Assembly (NCBI GenBank): GCA_051362555.1
Contig: CM120640.1
Location: 1,798,001 to 1,862,000 of the forward strand
Length of the DNA: 64,000 nt
DNA from: Lingula anatina
Lineage: Eukaryota; Animalia; Brachiopoda
Direction: 5' to 3'
Translations under genes and position numbers: made by a program
In this document: one piece after another, positions 63,374 to 64,000 of the stretch
Layout of the letters: every line of letters begins with the position of its first letter
Position numbering within the stretch: position 1 is the stretch's first letter
The notes under the pieces: model-generated
Seen by the model: the letters and a program-made list of their open reading frames with translations, nothing else
Told to the model about the DNA's origin: nothing
The model's database searches: none

Positions 63374-63560
63374 CAGACCTGTAGCCAGCAATTTCAGAGG
63401 GGGGGGTCTTTTGCTGAAGACATGGGCCTTTTACCATGAAACCTATATGTACTTAGATCAGATTTTACCTAGTGGACCTTTTCCCAGCACAAAAGCTCAC
63501 CCCCCCCCCCCCCCTCCCACCACCACCACCACCACCACCACCACCCTGGCTACAGGCCTG
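63374..63560. mobile_element. hAT-type MITE (family B)
   Basis: 15-bp TIR CAG(A/G)CCTGTAGCCAG. The 8-bp flanks AATCAAAC and GATCAAAC match at 7 of 8 positions. Confidence 0.7.
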
Positions 63561-64000
63561 GATCAAACAAACAATGACATTTTATTGATGCATGAATTTC
63601 AAGTCATACAAACATGTGCCATGCAGACAGCTTTTCCTTGCTGAATTATGCATTTCTCTAGTGCCTGTCAAATACACATGATCTTTCTTATCTTAAACAA
63701 AGATGGTTGGTTTAAATTCTGAACAAATAAAATGAAGATATAAATTTTCATACATCATAACAGACATCTAATTCAATCATCTTTAAGTCTAAGAAGGATC
63801 ATAGTTATGGTGTAAATTTATTAAAACAAAAACACTTTCTAAAACAAGTGTCAGGTAGCAAGCATTGGTGTTTTTTAAAAATTCAAATTAAACAACTTAG
63901 GCATTCAACTGTGACAAAAACAATCACCTGGAAATCTATAATACTATAATTCTATAACTTGATCTCAAAATGTGTTGTATATGCTACAAAAATCACAATG

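Noticed and set aside
1-64000. tRNA, rRNA, retroelement ORFs or prokaryote-type systems
   Set aside because: None recognised. Long coding segments are all accounted for by the five spliced genes.

Overview
AT-rich, intron-rich animal genomic DNA. It is probably lophotrochozoan or molluscan, which is my inference from the ferritin sequence and repeat families. Five spliced genes can be reconstructed by hand from GT-AG exons: a TBC-domain Rab-GAP (-, ~5970-12018), M1AP (+, 12291-17437), TTC17 (-, 19720-42519), soma/H-type ferritin with a cap-proximal but non-canonical IRE (+, 43567-46899), and a kinesin-9 (KIF6-like) gene with a C-terminal IQ motif (-, 49095 to beyond the window end). Mobile DNA includes a 3.9-kb P-superfamily-type element (31-bp TIRs, 7-bp TSD), several TTA-target Harbinger-type MITEs, hAT-type MITEs and a Helentron/HINE-like element in ferritin intron 1. 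The most striking unexplained structure is six sequence-unrelated tandem arrays in three genes. In each, the unit is the 3' end of an exon plus its 5' splice site, repeated into the downstream intron; none was seen at an acceptor. Most entries in the supplied ORF track are intronic or antisense noise. Exon coordinates were read by eye and may be off by a few bases.
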